IMG/VR virus record: IMGVR_UViG_3300029288_001872
Location: 125,633 to 189,632 of that record
Reading direction: 5' to 3' (one strand)
Origin: a virus
Taxonomy: Duplodnaviria; Caudoviricetes
Length of the DNA: 64,000 nucleotides
The notes under the pieces are model-generated. The model ran no database searches. It was not told where the DNA came from and was given only the letters and a program-made list of their open reading frames with translations. Within the stretch, counting starts at the first letter, position 1, and every line of letters starts with the position of its first letter. Positions 20,548 through 30,769 of this stretch are shown piece by piece. Position numbers and translations under genes: made by a program.

Positions 20548-21003
20548 ATGAACATCTACTTTGCAGCACCACTATTCACCATGGCAGAGAAAGAATTCAA
20601 CAAGAGGCTTGCAACTACCATCGAAGAAAAAGACAAAAATATTAATATATTTCTTCCACAAGAAAATTCTGTCTTTGATGAATATGGTGAATTTCTTTCA
20701 AAAGAAACGTTTGATTCTGATTTGAAAGCCATAGACAATTGCGACTTGGTATTGGCGATTTTAGACGGTTCTGACGCTGATTCGGGTACTTGCTATGAAT
20801 GTGGATATGCTTACAACAAAAAGAAAATCCTTGGCATAAGAACTGATTTCAGGTCTGGTGAAGAAGATGGTCTAAATGTGATGTTGAGACACGGGGTTGA
20901 TGACTTGATATTCTATCCTTGTAATGAGAACCCGCCTGATGTTGATTGTTTGGCTTGGATGATAATCGAGAAGATACGAGCAATGTTTGGAGAAGATTTT
21001 TGA
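20548..21003 (+). CDS. nucleoside 2-deoxyribosyltransferase family protein
   Basis: IYFAAPLF, DSGTCYECGYA. Confidence 0.85.
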   Translation: MNIYFAAPLFTMAEKEFNKRLATTIEEKDKNINIFLPQENSVFDEYGEFLSKETFDSDLKAIDNCDLVLAILDGSDADSGTCYECGYAYNKKKILGIRTDFRSGEEDGLNVMLRHGVDDLIFYPCNENPPDVDCLAWMIIEKIRAMFGEDF

Positions 21004-21149
21004 GGTTTAAAAAATGACTTATGATACTGGATTTCAAACTCAATGTCCAGAGTGTGGTTTTTGGACCGATTGTTATCAAATAAGATGTTTTGGAAGATGC
21101 AAAGACTGTCAAGACAAGAAAGACAAAGAAATCATAAAGGAGAAATAAA

Positions 21150-21593
21150 ATGGCTACTACTTACACGGATGCTCCAATTGAAGAAATGGCGAATAAACTA
21201 ATTGAAAAGTATGAAGAACTTGAAGATTGTTTTGATGCAAAAATAAAATATCTTTTCAAAGGAAGCGCGAAGTCTTCCTACATCGGAAAATGCAGTAAAG
21301 CGACAGGTAAGTGGCGGTTCTTGACCGGCGACCTCGACTACGTAGTAGAAGTATGGGAACCTTATTGGACCGTGGCTTCTGACAAACAAAAAGAAGCATT
21401 GCTGTATCATGAACTAAGGCATGTTGAAAAGAAAATAAAAGAAAATGATGATGGTGAAGAAACGGTAACATGGAAAGTCAGGAAGCATCATGAAGAAATT
21501 TTTGTAGATGAGATTGAACATTTTGGTTCATGGAATGACGGCCTCAGCAATCTTATGGGTGCTTTCTTGGCACAAAACATTGGGAAAAGATAA
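21150..21593 (+). CDS. putative phage metallopeptidase
   Basis: ALLYHELRH (HExxH). Confidence 0.7.
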   Translation: MATTYTDAPIEEMANKLIEKYEELEDCFDAKIKYLFKGSAKSSYIGKCSKATGKWRFLTGDLDYVVEVWEPYWTVASDKQKEALLYHELRHVEKKIKENDDGEETVTWKVRKHHEEIFVDEIEHFGSWNDGLSNLMGAFLAQNIGKR

Positions 21594-21960
21594 TGAAAAT
21601 TAAATGGGAAGTTGAGGATGGTTATGTTGGCAAATCAAGACCGCATCATCTTGAGATAGATGATGATGAATTAGAAGGATTGTCAAAAGAAGAAGTTGAA
21701 AGTTATATCAACGATTCTGTTCAAGAAGAATTTGAGCAAAATGTTTATCCTGTGTGGGAAATCGTGAAAGAATAGATGTACATCTACTGGCGCATACAGC
21801 AAGACTTGACTTGCCTTGGCGAAATAATTCAGTTTAAAGACCCAGTTTTCATTAATGCAATTCGCAAATGGGTAAAGAAAAATTTCACCGGAATAATGTT
21901 AGCAGAAGAAATTTCTTCTGGACGTTGTTTCTTCAAAATTGAAAATAAGAAGGTTTATCA

Positions 21961-22584
21961 TTGACCTATAAGATTTTTCCAGAAACAACAGTCCAAGAAT
22001 CTGCCAAGATTATTCAGTCTATAAATTTTGACCAAAACCAGATTTTGGCAGATATAGTTAATCTTCATACTGGATTAATTGAATTAGATGTATGTTATGG
22101 AAGTGGTTGCTTCTACCGTAAGATACCAAAACCAAAATATTGTTTTGATTTAAACCCTAGAAAGCCAGGAATAATTGCAGCAGATGTGAGACATTTACCA
22201 TTGAAAGATAATTCTATATCATCTGCAATTTTTGATCCTCCATTTTTAGCAAGAACTGGTCCTGGTGCAACATTAAAGGCCAGATTTGGAGAATTAGTTG
22301 GGACTATTCAAGTCTTGTGGGAGATTTATTATGATGGTATGGAAGAATTATATAGAGTTTTGAAAACCAAAGGATGGATGGTTGTAAAATGTCAGGATGG
22401 TGTCCTTTCAGGAAAGAATAATAATACTTATGGAAAAATTTGTAACAAGGCAGAAGAATTAGGATTTGTTTGGAAAGATTTATTTATATTGTTAGCCAAA
22501 CATAGAATGCAACATCCGCGCCCACATATTCAACGTCACTCGCGTAAATTTCATTCGTACTTTATTGTATTTTATAAGAAATGA
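21961..22584 (+). CDS. DNA amino-methyltransferase
   Basis: DVCYGSG, FDPPF, KCQD. Confidence 0.75.
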   Translation: MTYKIFPETTVQESAKIIQSINFDQNQILADIVNLHTGLIELDVCYGSGCFYRKIPKPKYCFDLNPRKPGIIAADVRHLPLKDNSISSAIFDPPFLARTGPGATLKARFGELVGTIQVLWEIYYDGMEELYRVLKTKGWMVVKCQDGVLSGKNNNTYGKICNKAEELGFVWKDLFILLAKHRMQHPRPHIQRHSRKFHSYFIVFYKK

Positions 22585-22593
22585 GAGAATATT

Positions 22594-23187
22594 ATGAAAA
22601 CTATTATAATTAATAATAAAGAATACAAACTCATTCCTTATGGATATTGTTATTGTGGTTGTGGGAAGAAAACTAATATTAGTAAAGAAAATGGCAATGG
22701 ATATAAAAAAGGAGAACCAAAACGGTATTTTTATAGGCACCAAGAAAAATTAAAAAATCACCATTTGTGGAAAGGAGGAAGAGTTGTTGATAAAAGTGGT
22801 TACATTTTAATTTATAATCCAGAACATCCAAGAGCAAGTTATGGATATGTTAGAGAACATATTCTTGTAATGGAAGAGGCTATAGGTAGACAACTTAAAA
22901 AAGAAGAAATAGTTCATCATATTGATGAAGATAAAGGGAATAATTACATAGGAAATCTAATCTTATTTGCTAATGGAACAATGCATAAAAAATTTCATAA
23001 TAGATTGCTAGCTTTTAAAATTTGTGGTCATTATGATTGGAGAAAATGTAAATTTTGTAAGAATTATGATGATATAAGCAATATGCATGAGAATTATAAT
23101 AAAAGAACTAATTGTTATAATTATTACCATAAAAAATGTCAGAATTTATACCAACTAAATAAAAGAAGGGATAAGCAATGCCATTAA
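22594..23187 (+). CDS. HNH homing endonuclease
   Basis: 'YVREHILVME..VHHIDEDKGNN..NL'. Confidence 0.8.
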   Translation: MKTIIINNKEYKLIPYGYCYCGCGKKTNISKENGNGYKKGEPKRYFYRHQEKLKNHHLWKGGRVVDKSGYILIYNPEHPRASYGYVREHILVMEEAIGRQLKKEEIVHHIDEDKGNNYIGNLILFANGTMHKKFHNRLLAFKICGHYDWRKCKFCKNYDDISNMHENYNKRTNCYNYYHKKCQNLYQLNKRRDKQCH

Positions 23188-24083
23188 ATCTCACATACCG
23201 TCCCAAATCGTTAGATGAATTTTATGGAAATGTAAATTTAAAAGAATCTATTGCTTCTATTTTTGAAAGAGAAGACAAACCAAGAGCGTGGCTTTTCACA
23301 GGGCCGAGAGGATGTGGCAAGTCATCAATGAGCAGGATTATAGCAGATAATTATGGTTGCAATAAAGAGGATTATCAAGAGTATGATTTAAGCAATACCG
23401 GTGGAATAGAAGAAGCTAGAGAAATTAAACGAACAGTGAATTATAAACCATTAGCAGGTAAATATAAATTCTATTGCTTAGAGGAAATACATCGTTCATC
23501 ACCAAATTTCCAAGATGGATTATTAAGAACAGTAGAAGAAGGACCAGAACACGCTATTTTTATCCTTTGTACTACAGATGCTCAAAAACTTATCCCAGCT
23601 TTAAAATCAAGATGTTTTCAATATGAAGTGAAACCTTTACAAACACCAATAATGATGGGTTTGTTAAGAGATATATTGAAGAAAGAAAACGTAGAAAACT
23701 TTCCCAAGGAAGCATTGGATTTAATAGTTGAATTTTCTAAAGGTATTCCTAGAGAAGCTATAATTTTATTGGATGAAGTCATAGATATACCAACAGATGA
23801 AGGTGTCATAGCATTTCTTAAAGAAAAGAAGGCATCAGAAGAAGCAACTGAAAGTCTTGCTAAACTATTGTTGCAGAAAGCAGATTGGAAAGAAGTGTCC
23901 AAAGCATTGAAAGCGATGAAAGAGCAAGATTCAGAAAAGACAAGAAATGCTGTGTTGGGATATTGCGGCAAGGTGTTGTTGGACAGTGGGAATAAAAGAG
24001 CAGGAATGATTATGGATATTTTTGCTTTGCCGATGTATTCATTTAATCTATTAGTATTAGCAAGTTATAAGGTGGTGTTGTGA
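23178..24083 (+). CDS. dnaX: clamp loader, DNA pol III gamma/tau-like
   Basis: YRPKSL, GPRGCGKS, SRC motif. Confidence 0.85.
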   Translation: MPLNLTYRPKSLDEFYGNVNLKESIASIFEREDKPRAWLFTGPRGCGKSSMSRIIADNYGCNKEDYQEYDLSNTGGIEEAREIKRTVNYKPLAGKYKFYCLEEIHRSSPNFQDGLLRTVEEGPEHAIFILCTTDAQKLIPALKSRCFQYEVKPLQTPIMMGLLRDILKKENVENFPKEALDLIVEFSKGIPREAIILLDEVIDIPTDEGVIAFLKEKKASEEATESLAKLLLQKADWKEVSKALKAMKEQDSEKTRNAVLGYCGKVLLDSGNKRAGMIMDIFALPMYSFNLLVLASYKVVL

Positions 24084-24664
24084 TTAGGGAAGAAATAACA
24101 AAGTTAGAAAAGAAATATAAAACTATCTATATTGACCCACCTTGGCCAGAAAGAGGAGGTGGAAAAATCAAAAGGGGAGCAGATAAACATTACCCTCTTA
24201 TGTCTATCAACGAAATCCTTGAATTAAAAATTCAGTCTTTAGTTCAAGAAGATGGGGCACATCTTTATTTATGGGTGACTAACAATTTTTTACTTACTGG
24301 TTTGAAGGCAATGGACAGATGGGGATTCAGATATGTAACTATAATCACTTGGGCAAAAGATAAAATTGGATTGGGGCAATATTTTAGAGGTCTCAGTGAA
24401 CATCTCCTTTTTGGAGTATGTGGGAAACTTCCTTATCGTTTTAAAGAAAATGGAAAGCGCGCCCAAGGAAAGACTTTAATTTTTAGTCCTAAAACTAAAC
24501 ATTCTGAAAAACCAGAAGAATTTAGAAGAATGATTGAAACAGTAAGTTATCCTCCTTACTTAGAAGTTTTTGGGAGAAATAAATGTATTGGTTGGGATGT
24601 TATTGGGAATGATGTTTCAGAATTTCTAAAAAATAGTTCTAAAACCAATGATTTAGGTTTTTAA
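24080..24664 (+). CDS. MT-A70 family adenine methyltransferase
   Basis: IDPPW, LYLWVTN, HSEKP. Confidence 0.9.
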   Translation: MIREEITKLEKKYKTIYIDPPWPERGGGKIKRGADKHYPLMSINEILELKIQSLVQEDGAHLYLWVTNNFLLTGLKAMDRWGFRYVTIITWAKDKIGLGQYFRGLSEHLLFGVCGKLPYRFKENGKRAQGKTLIFSPKTKHSEKPEEFRRMIETVSYPPYLEVFGRNKCIGWDVIGNDVSEFLKNSSKTNDLGF

Positions 24665-24672
24665 ACCACTAT

Positions 24673-24748
24673 GCGGGGATAGCTCAATTGGTAGAGCGCA
24701 GACCTTCCCGGTCTGAGGTTGAAGGATCATACCCTTCTCCCCGCTCCA
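24673..24748 (+). tRNA. tRNA-Gly(TCC), atypical loops
   Basis: GCGGGGA/TCCCCGC acceptor, T73, CCA; anticodon loop CTTCCCG; T-loop ATCATAC. Confidence 0.8.
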
Positions 24749-24803
24749 ATTCCAAGAGTCCAAAAAATTTTACCTCTAGAGTACAAAAAATTGAACTTTT
24801 CTA

Positions 24804-24832
24804 TTGCGCCCACCTTCCAGAAATTCTATAAT
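24804..24832 (+). promoter_or_regulatory. sigma70-type promoter
   Basis: TTGCGC-17nt-TATAAT. Confidence 0.6.
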
Positions 24833-24836
24833 ATAG

Positions 24837-25136
24837 ATGAGAGAAGAAACCATGAAATTTTTAATTAAGCACTTTCCCCAGATTCCTTGCAAACCTTTTG
24901 AAATTCCAGTAGAAAATGTGGAAGAGGCGGTCAAAATCATGGATATTTTGGCCGACTATGACTTATTTCAATTTTACAATAAAATTAAACCAGATTATGC
25001 AAATACCACCGTTCTTTGTATGTGGGACGAAGAAGAAAAAGATTGGATTGATTGGTATATAGAATTAGAAGATGGCAATTATTTTGATGATCCACAGGAA
25101 TATCTGGAATATTTAGAAAACAAAAAGGAGGAATAA
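24837..25136 (+). CDS. small conserved phage protein (superinfection-exclusion-like)
   Basis: 'HFPQIPCKPF...LADYDLFQFYNKIKPDYAN' recalled family pattern; function uncertain. Confidence 0.45.
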   Translation: MREETMKFLIKHFPQIPCKPFEIPVENVEEAVKIMDILADYDLFQFYNKIKPDYANTTVLCMWDEEEKDWIDWYIELEDGNYFDDPQEYLEYLENKKEE

Positions 25137-25314
25137 ATTGTCAGTTTCTTATTTTGATCCAGAATGTTTTTGTCCATTTTGTGAATGGGTGGGTGATTAT
25201 GATGATACGATTTCAGATTTTATTCAAGAGGTTTATCTATGCCCTATTTGTAGAAAAGAAGTTAGAGATATGAAGACAGACAATAATATAGCCAAAGGGA
25301 GAATAAATGATTAG

Positions 25315-25992
25315 ATGAAAATTTGTTGGGATAACTTAGAGATAATATTTTTAAGTAGAAATGGAACTTTTAGAAACACAAAAAATGGAAATATTTTACA
25401 AGAACACGAGAAATGCAGAGTATGTAAAGAACCATTTTTGGGAACAAAAACTGGACAATATTGTAGCCATAAATGTGCAATGGAATCAGAAGAAAGAAAT
25501 GGAAAAATAGGTGAAATTCACAAAGGAAGAATATTCTCAGAAGAACACAAGTTAAAACTTCACATTGCTCAACAAAATAGAAAACCAATTTCAGAATCAA
25601 CTAGAAAAAAGATGAGTGACGCTAGAAAGAAAAACAATCCGAGTTATGGTGGTCTTTCTGAAGAACACAAAAAGAAAATAGGCGATGCGGGAAGAGGAGA
25701 AAAAAGCCATTTTTGGAAAGGAGGAATTGCTTATGAGCCATATTGTCCTTTATGGGGGAATAAAGAGTATAAAAATTGGATAAAGTTTGAAAGAGATGAG
25801 GGGGAGTGTCAGAACCCATTATGTGAACATAAATCAAATAGATTGACATTGCATCATATTAATTATGTAAAGAAAGATTGTAGGCCAGTAAATTTGATAA
25901 CTTTATGTAATTCTTGTAATAGCAAAGCAAATATAGATAGAGAATGGCATACTGCTTTTTATCAAGAAATTATAAGAAGAAAGTTAATATGA
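25315..25992 (+). CDS. HNH homing endonuclease with NUMOD3, paralog of 13514-14383
   Basis: Same MKICW.NLE start and 'CQNP.C..LHHINY.K..C..NLITLC..CNSKAN' end. Confidence 0.85.
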   Translation: MKICWDNLEIIFLSRNGTFRNTKNGNILQEHEKCRVCKEPFLGTKTGQYCSHKCAMESEERNGKIGEIHKGRIFSEEHKLKLHIAQQNRKPISESTRKKMSDARKKNNPSYGGLSEEHKKKIGDAGRGEKSHFWKGGIAYEPYCPLWGNKEYKNWIKFERDEGECQNPLCEHKSNRLTLHHINYVKKDCRPVNLITLCNSCNSKANIDREWHTAFYQEIIRRKLI

Positions 25993-26010
25993 TGTTCTAA
26001 TGGAGGATAA

Positions 26011-26604
26011 ATGAAACTTTTACATATTACACCACGAAGATGGGGGAAAACAACAAGTTGTATTTCTGAATTTATAAAATATTGTGATTCTGGCGAATTT
26101 GGTTTATTGATTTTTCCAACATATCAGGTGAAAAAGATTTATCTGAATAAAATTCCACTTCAATTAAAAGATTTTGTTGTTTCTCTTGAAACTTACAACG
26201 GATTTGGTCTTGGGATTTCTGTGAATAAATTATTCTTAGATGAATTTGATATGATTTATCAGAAGAATTTGAGAACTTTAATTAACGACTTAGATTTCCC
26301 AGATATAGAAGGGTGGACAACCGCCAATAAAATTTATGATAGAAATTTATTTGAAGCGGCAAAAGAGAATAAGAAAAGTAAAACTTTTTTGAATCGTTAT
26401 CAATATGACTATTTTGTCAAAAATAAAAAATTAGATGAATATATTTATCTTTATGACAGTATTTTGACAGACACAGATTCAAAGATTATTCAACATGATT
26501 ATACAAATAGACATTTAGCTTTAGAAATGATAAATGAAGCGCGTCAAATGTTGGATGAAGAAACTTTTTGTTGTGAATTTGAAGGACAATTTTTAACCAT
26601 ATAA
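26011..26604 (+). CDS. small P-loop protein resembling a terminase-ATPase fragment
   Basis: PRRWGKTT, FLDEFD, 'F..EFEGQF'. Confidence 0.45.
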   Translation: MKLLHITPRRWGKTTSCISEFIKYCDSGEFGLLIFPTYQVKKIYLNKIPLQLKDFVVSLETYNGFGLGISVNKLFLDEFDMIYQKNLRTLINDLDFPDIEGWTTANKIYDRNLFEAAKENKKSKTFLNRYQYDYFVKNKKLDEYIYLYDSILTDTDSKIIQHDYTNRHLALEMINEARQMLDEETFCCEFEGQFLTI

Positions 26605-26621
26605 ACAGGAGAAATTAACTA

Positions 26622-27107
26622 ATGCCTAAGTTTAAAGTACGCCATTTGATGTTTGTGCCTTACTGGGTTTACACGGAAGTTGAAGCAAAAAGTGTAGATG
26701 ATGCCATTGAAGAATGGAACGAATCAGAGGAACCAGGAGAAATTGATTTTGACAACATGCCAGAAGATATTGATTTTGTTTATGACTTTGATGCGGCTGA
26801 AATAGAAATAAATGGTGAATTTTGTCCCATCTATGAATCTGAAGATGACGAAGATGGAATTGTTGGGAATGCATAAATGAAAAAATTTAATATCAGATAT
26901 CCAAAATACATTCCTTACTGGGCATATGCCGAAGTTGAGGCAGAAAACATTGATGATGCGTTGGAACTTCTTGAAGATGAACCTGACAGATATGAATTGG
27001 ACGTTGGAGAAGAAGTTGTTGAAATGCACGAATCAAACGCTATTGAATTTGCTGAACTTGAAGTTGACGGAAAGTATATTTCTGTTGATTTAGTAGGAGA
27101 TGATTAA
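26622..27107 (+). CDS. two tandem paralogous small acidic proteins (26622-26876, 26877-27107)
   Basis: PYWVYTEVEAKSVDDAIE vs PYWAYAEVEAENIDDALE. Confidence 0.6.
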
Positions 27108-27652
27108 TGAATGATTATGCTAAAGATATTTCTATTCAAAAAGATTCATTAGATTCTGAATGGTTGACTCATCCAGATAAAGTTTATCAATATGCTAAAC
27201 TTCATGCCGATGCTACAGATGAAAGAAATCGAACTAAAGAAAAACTCAATGTGGTTGATTCTGAATTGTGGCTTAAAGCAAGAAGCAATCCAAAAGACAA
27301 TCTGCCTGATGTGCCTGAAAATAAAATAAGTGAAGCAGTAATCAAGGCATGGATAATCACTCAGCCAAACTATAAAGAAGCATTGGAAGAATATCTAAAG
27401 GCTTGCCACAAGGTTGATATTCTTAAAAGCGCGGTAAACGCTTTGGATGCCAGAAAAGCAGCATTGGGAAATTTAGTCAGTTTATGGCTTGCGAAATATT
27501 TTTCTACACCAAAAGTGGAAGAAAGTTATAGGGAAGAAGTTGAACAATCAGTTGAAGAAGATTTTAGAAAAGTTCAACTTGAAGGACTTAAAGATATGGA
27601 ACCACAACTAAAAACACTAAAGAGGAAGAAGAAAAATGAAGGATCAGATTAA
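27107..27652 (+). CDS. UvsY-like recombination mediator
   Basis: Helical protein 'ISEAVIKAWII..VDILKSAVNALDARK'; located with SSB and RecA. Confidence 0.5.
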   Translation: MNDYAKDISIQKDSLDSEWLTHPDKVYQYAKLHADATDERNRTKEKLNVVDSELWLKARSNPKDNLPDVPENKISEAVIKAWIITQPNYKEALEEYLKACHKVDILKSAVNALDARKAALGNLVSLWLAKYFSTPKVEESYREEVEQSVEEDFRKVQLEGLKDMEPQLKTLKRKKKNEGSD

Positions 27653-28132
27653 TTCAATAATTAGTCAAATAGTTGATGTGGTTGAAAACATAAGCGAAAA
27701 CGAAAAGCTATGGACTGCGCTTACTAAAATAATGAACCAAGCAAAGAATAGTGCAATTGAAGTTGGTGCTACAAACAAGGAAGCAATTGCTTTTGCTTTA
27801 AGACTCGGCGAACAATTTCAAATCGCAAAACCAACATGAAATACATAGACTTTTCAATTATGCAACAAAATGGTATGGTGGAATATCCAGATGGTCAATG
27901 TTCGCATGGATATCCAGAAGATATTGACTGCCCAGAATGTATAAAAGATAGATATAATGATGAAATTATTATCTTAGAGGAGGAATTAAACAACAGAGAT
28001 GAACTACTTTTGAAAATAAAAGATTTTTTGTTTGGTTTATCTAATTCAACGAAAGCGATAGGTTTATGGGAAGAAATAGAAGAAATTCTTCCAGAAGATG
28101 AAAGAGGATTTTAAATTTTAAGGAGAAGAAGT

Positions 28133-29152
28133 ATGAGTTTATCAGAAGAACAGAGAAAGAAATTGTATGATGAACACGCGATGGATGGAGCACATCAACA
28201 ATCTTACAACAGTAGGGATGCAGGTGGTTTCAAAGGTATCTTTGACAGGGAAAAATGTCAGAAGTATGGAGTTAATTTCTGGAAGGCTCAACCAGGAGAA
28301 CATTTAATTGACATTCTTCCATATTTAGCTGGTGAAAATGCGCCTTATGTAGATGGAGTGAAAGCCAAACCTGACTCTCCGGCTTATGTGGTGGACATCT
28401 ATGTGCATCAGAAAGTTGGGATAAATAACGATCAATACATTTGTTTACAGAAATCATATCGCAAGTATTGTCCGATTTGTGATGAGATGGAAAAAGGAGA
28501 ATATACACCAGAAGAATTGGATGGAATGCGTTCTAAACGTAGGGTTATTTATGCTGTTCTAGATTTAGATGCAACTTCTAAGGGTGTTCAAATTTGGGAA
28601 ACTTCTCATTTCAAAATGGAAAAGAAGTTGCAATATCGAGCAAAACGTCCTCGTGGTGGGGGTTATGTAAACTATTCTCATGCTAAGAATGGGAAGTCTA
28701 TTGCTTTCACTGTTCTAACAGACCAATATAAAAATTATGATGGTCACGATTTCATTGATAGAGACGGACCTATTGATGAAGACCTTTTGGCAAAGGTTCC
28801 TTGTCTGGACGATTTGTTGCATATTCCCGATGCTGATGAAGTTAAACGAGCCTTTTTTGGCCAGGAAGGGGATGAACCAGAACAAGAAATGGTAAAAGAA
28901 AGAGAGCCAGAACTAGAAAGAACAATGAAATATGCGCCTGAACCAGAACATGAATCTGGTGATAAAGAAGAAGTAAAAGAAGTTGCAACAAACAAAAGTA
29001 ATAAATGTCCAATCGGGGTGACATTCGGGGCTGACTTTGATCAATACGAAGATTGTGACGAATGTGTTGTTCGTGTTGAATGTAAGCGAGAAAAAGAAGG
29101 TCCACCCAAAGATAATGTAACACCTATGCCTCGTCGTAGGAAGAAGGAATAA
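28133..29152 (+). CDS. gp32-like single-stranded DNA-binding protein
   Basis: 'FWK...IDILPY...CL..CPICD...KRR', acidic tail. Confidence 0.7.
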   Translation: MSLSEEQRKKLYDEHAMDGAHQQSYNSRDAGGFKGIFDREKCQKYGVNFWKAQPGEHLIDILPYLAGENAPYVDGVKAKPDSPAYVVDIYVHQKVGINNDQYICLQKSYRKYCPICDEMEKGEYTPEELDGMRSKRRVIYAVLDLDATSKGVQIWETSHFKMEKKLQYRAKRPRGGGYVNYSHAKNGKSIAFTVLTDQYKNYDGHDFIDRDGPIDEDLLAKVPCLDDLLHIPDADEVKRAFFGQEGDEPEQEMVKEREPELERTMKYAPEPEHESGDKEEVKEVATNKSNKCPIGVTFGADFDQYEDCDECVVRVECKREKEGPPKDNVTPMPRRRKKE

Positions 29153-29176
29153 ACAGAAACTTTTTCTGCTGACCTA

Positions 29177-29205
29177 TTGACAAACATTGGGAAAAATTCT
29201 ACAAT
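29177..29205 (+). promoter_or_regulatory. promoter of the RAMP/guide-array locus
   Basis: TTGACA-17nt-TACAAT. Confidence 0.65.
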
Positions 29206-29359
29206 AAAGATAGTCAAAATTTTCATTTCCCATCCTCCTAAACCCCTAACCCTGTCCCATCTGAAAATGGTGGGGCAGGAACTTTTGCCAAAAATTAGGC
29301 GCTATGTCCCAGCGTTAAACCAAGGGACTTAAACCATAAAAGAGAGAGGTAAGCAAAAA

Positions 29360-30019
29360 ATGGCAGCAAAGAAAGACGTAACTGGAATTGTTCCAAGAAA
29401 AGATGTGGCAATCCCGCCTCCACAATTTCAAACTGTTGAGTTTACAATTGTTGGTGATGCTCCTTATGTCCAACAAAGATTTTCTCAGAAGGCAATTGAG
29501 CAAATCAAGGCGGTCCAACTGGCAGGTTCCAAGAGCAAGAAAGGAAAGGCTCGCGAACCAAAAGATTTTCAAGAATGTTATGAACAAGCTAAACACATTT
29601 CGACAGAAGGCTGGTGTGGTATTCCTGCATCTTCCTTTCGTGCTGCAATGATTTCTGCTTGTCGTTTGGTTGGGTTTAAGATGACTTTGGCTAAACTTTC
29701 AATTTTCATTCCTGCTGATGGTTTTGATGTGGTTGATGGAACACCATTGATTAAGTTTTCTAAAGGCGAACCGCGCTATGTTGAACACGCTATGAGAATT
29801 CCTGGTATTGGTGGCGGAGGTACAGATATTCGCCCTCGTCCGATGTGGGACCCAGGTTGGGAAGCAAAAGTGCGTGTCACTTTTGATGAGGCGCAATTTT
29901 CCGCGGAAGATGTAACCAATTTGATGATGAGGGTTGGTATGCAAGTTGGTTTGGGTGAAGGTCGCCCCGATTCCAGAAGTAGTGTTGGTATGGGATGGGG
30001 GACTTTCCAACTGAAATAA
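29360..30019 (+). CDS. stand-alone Cas7/RAMP-like protein (candidate guide-binding effector)
   Basis: N-terminal strand 'VEFTIVGDAPY', IPASSFRAAM (RAMP IPgSslKGa-like), C-terminal G-rich loop GLGEGRP..GMGWGTF; directly followed by the arrays. Confidence 0.75.
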   Translation: MAAKKDVTGIVPRKDVAIPPPQFQTVEFTIVGDAPYVQQRFSQKAIEQIKAVQLAGSKSKKGKAREPKDFQECYEQAKHISTEGWCGIPASSFRAAMISACRLVGFKMTLAKLSIFIPADGFDVVDGTPLIKFSKGEPRYVEHAMRIPGIGGGGTDIRPRPMWDPGWEAKVRVTFDEAQFSAEDVTNLMMRVGMQVGLGEGRPDSRSSVGMGWGTFQLK

Positions 30020-30027
30020 AATAAGTG

Positions 30028-30066
30028 TTCTTGAGGGGGTTCTTATAAAGAGAATCTTCTCAAGAA
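30028..30066 (+). other. stem-loop between RAMP gene and first array
   Basis: TTCTTGAGGGGGTTCT pairs with AGAATCTTCTCAAGAA (G-U allowed). Confidence 0.6.
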
Positions 30067-30071
30067 ATTAT

Positions 30072-30740
30072 GGCAGGCGTGACGACACAAGTTCAGATAG
30101 GGAGAGATGCGTTGGGGTGAGTCTTGGACTGTTAAGGCAGGTAAGACATGGCAAGTAAGACATGGCAAGTTGCAACCAGATATGTTATGGCGGTTTAAGT
30201 TATGGTTCGGCAGGCTATGCTAGTCGGGCTGAGGCTGGTTGAGACCCGTTAGGTTATGGCAGGTGTGACATGACAAGTGATATACGATTAGTTGAGTTAG
30301 GTTTTGGTTGATCGTGTTATGGTTTGGCAGGCCAAGAGTGATGAGATATGTCTTGGTAGGTTAAATTATGGCGGGGAGTATCATGACACGGCAGGTATGA
30401 CGAGACGCCACGAGAGAAGACAAGGAGTGTTGCTGTGCGACTTAACAAGGCAGGCAATTCCTCCTCTTGGCTAGTCGGGGCTTGGCAGGCGTGTTGAGAC
30501 TTTACAAGTTGAGTGTAATGAGTTAAGTTCTGTCACGATAGGGTTAGGCAAAGCAGGTACGACGACACAAGTTATGGTAAGTTCTGGGTGTTACAATGTG
30601 TTGGGTTCAGGCAAGGGTGGCAGGCTATGCTAGTCAGGTTGAGATTAGTTGAGATGATTTCTGGCGAGTTAAGACATAGCAGGTAGGATGAGTTACGTCC
30701 TGATAAGGTTTGTTCTGTCCTGATTTGTCAAGGCAGGCAA
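30072..30740 (+). repeat. guide array U: about 11 units delimited by GGCAGG/AGCAGG, each about 9-13 [triplet+NN] pentamers
   Basis: Delimiters at 30072, 30136, 30209, 30258, 30326, 30390, 30449, 30484, 30552, 30619, 30678, 30732; spacing often 4+5n. Confidence 0.8.
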
Positions 30741-30769
30741 GATAAATAATTAACCACAAGGAGAACTAA

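Noticed and set aside
30150-30208. Guide U2 matching the antisense of ORF 32744 (P.MWALI, 6/11 dinucleotides)
   Set aside because: Too short to separate from chance in a 64-kb two-strand search done by eye.
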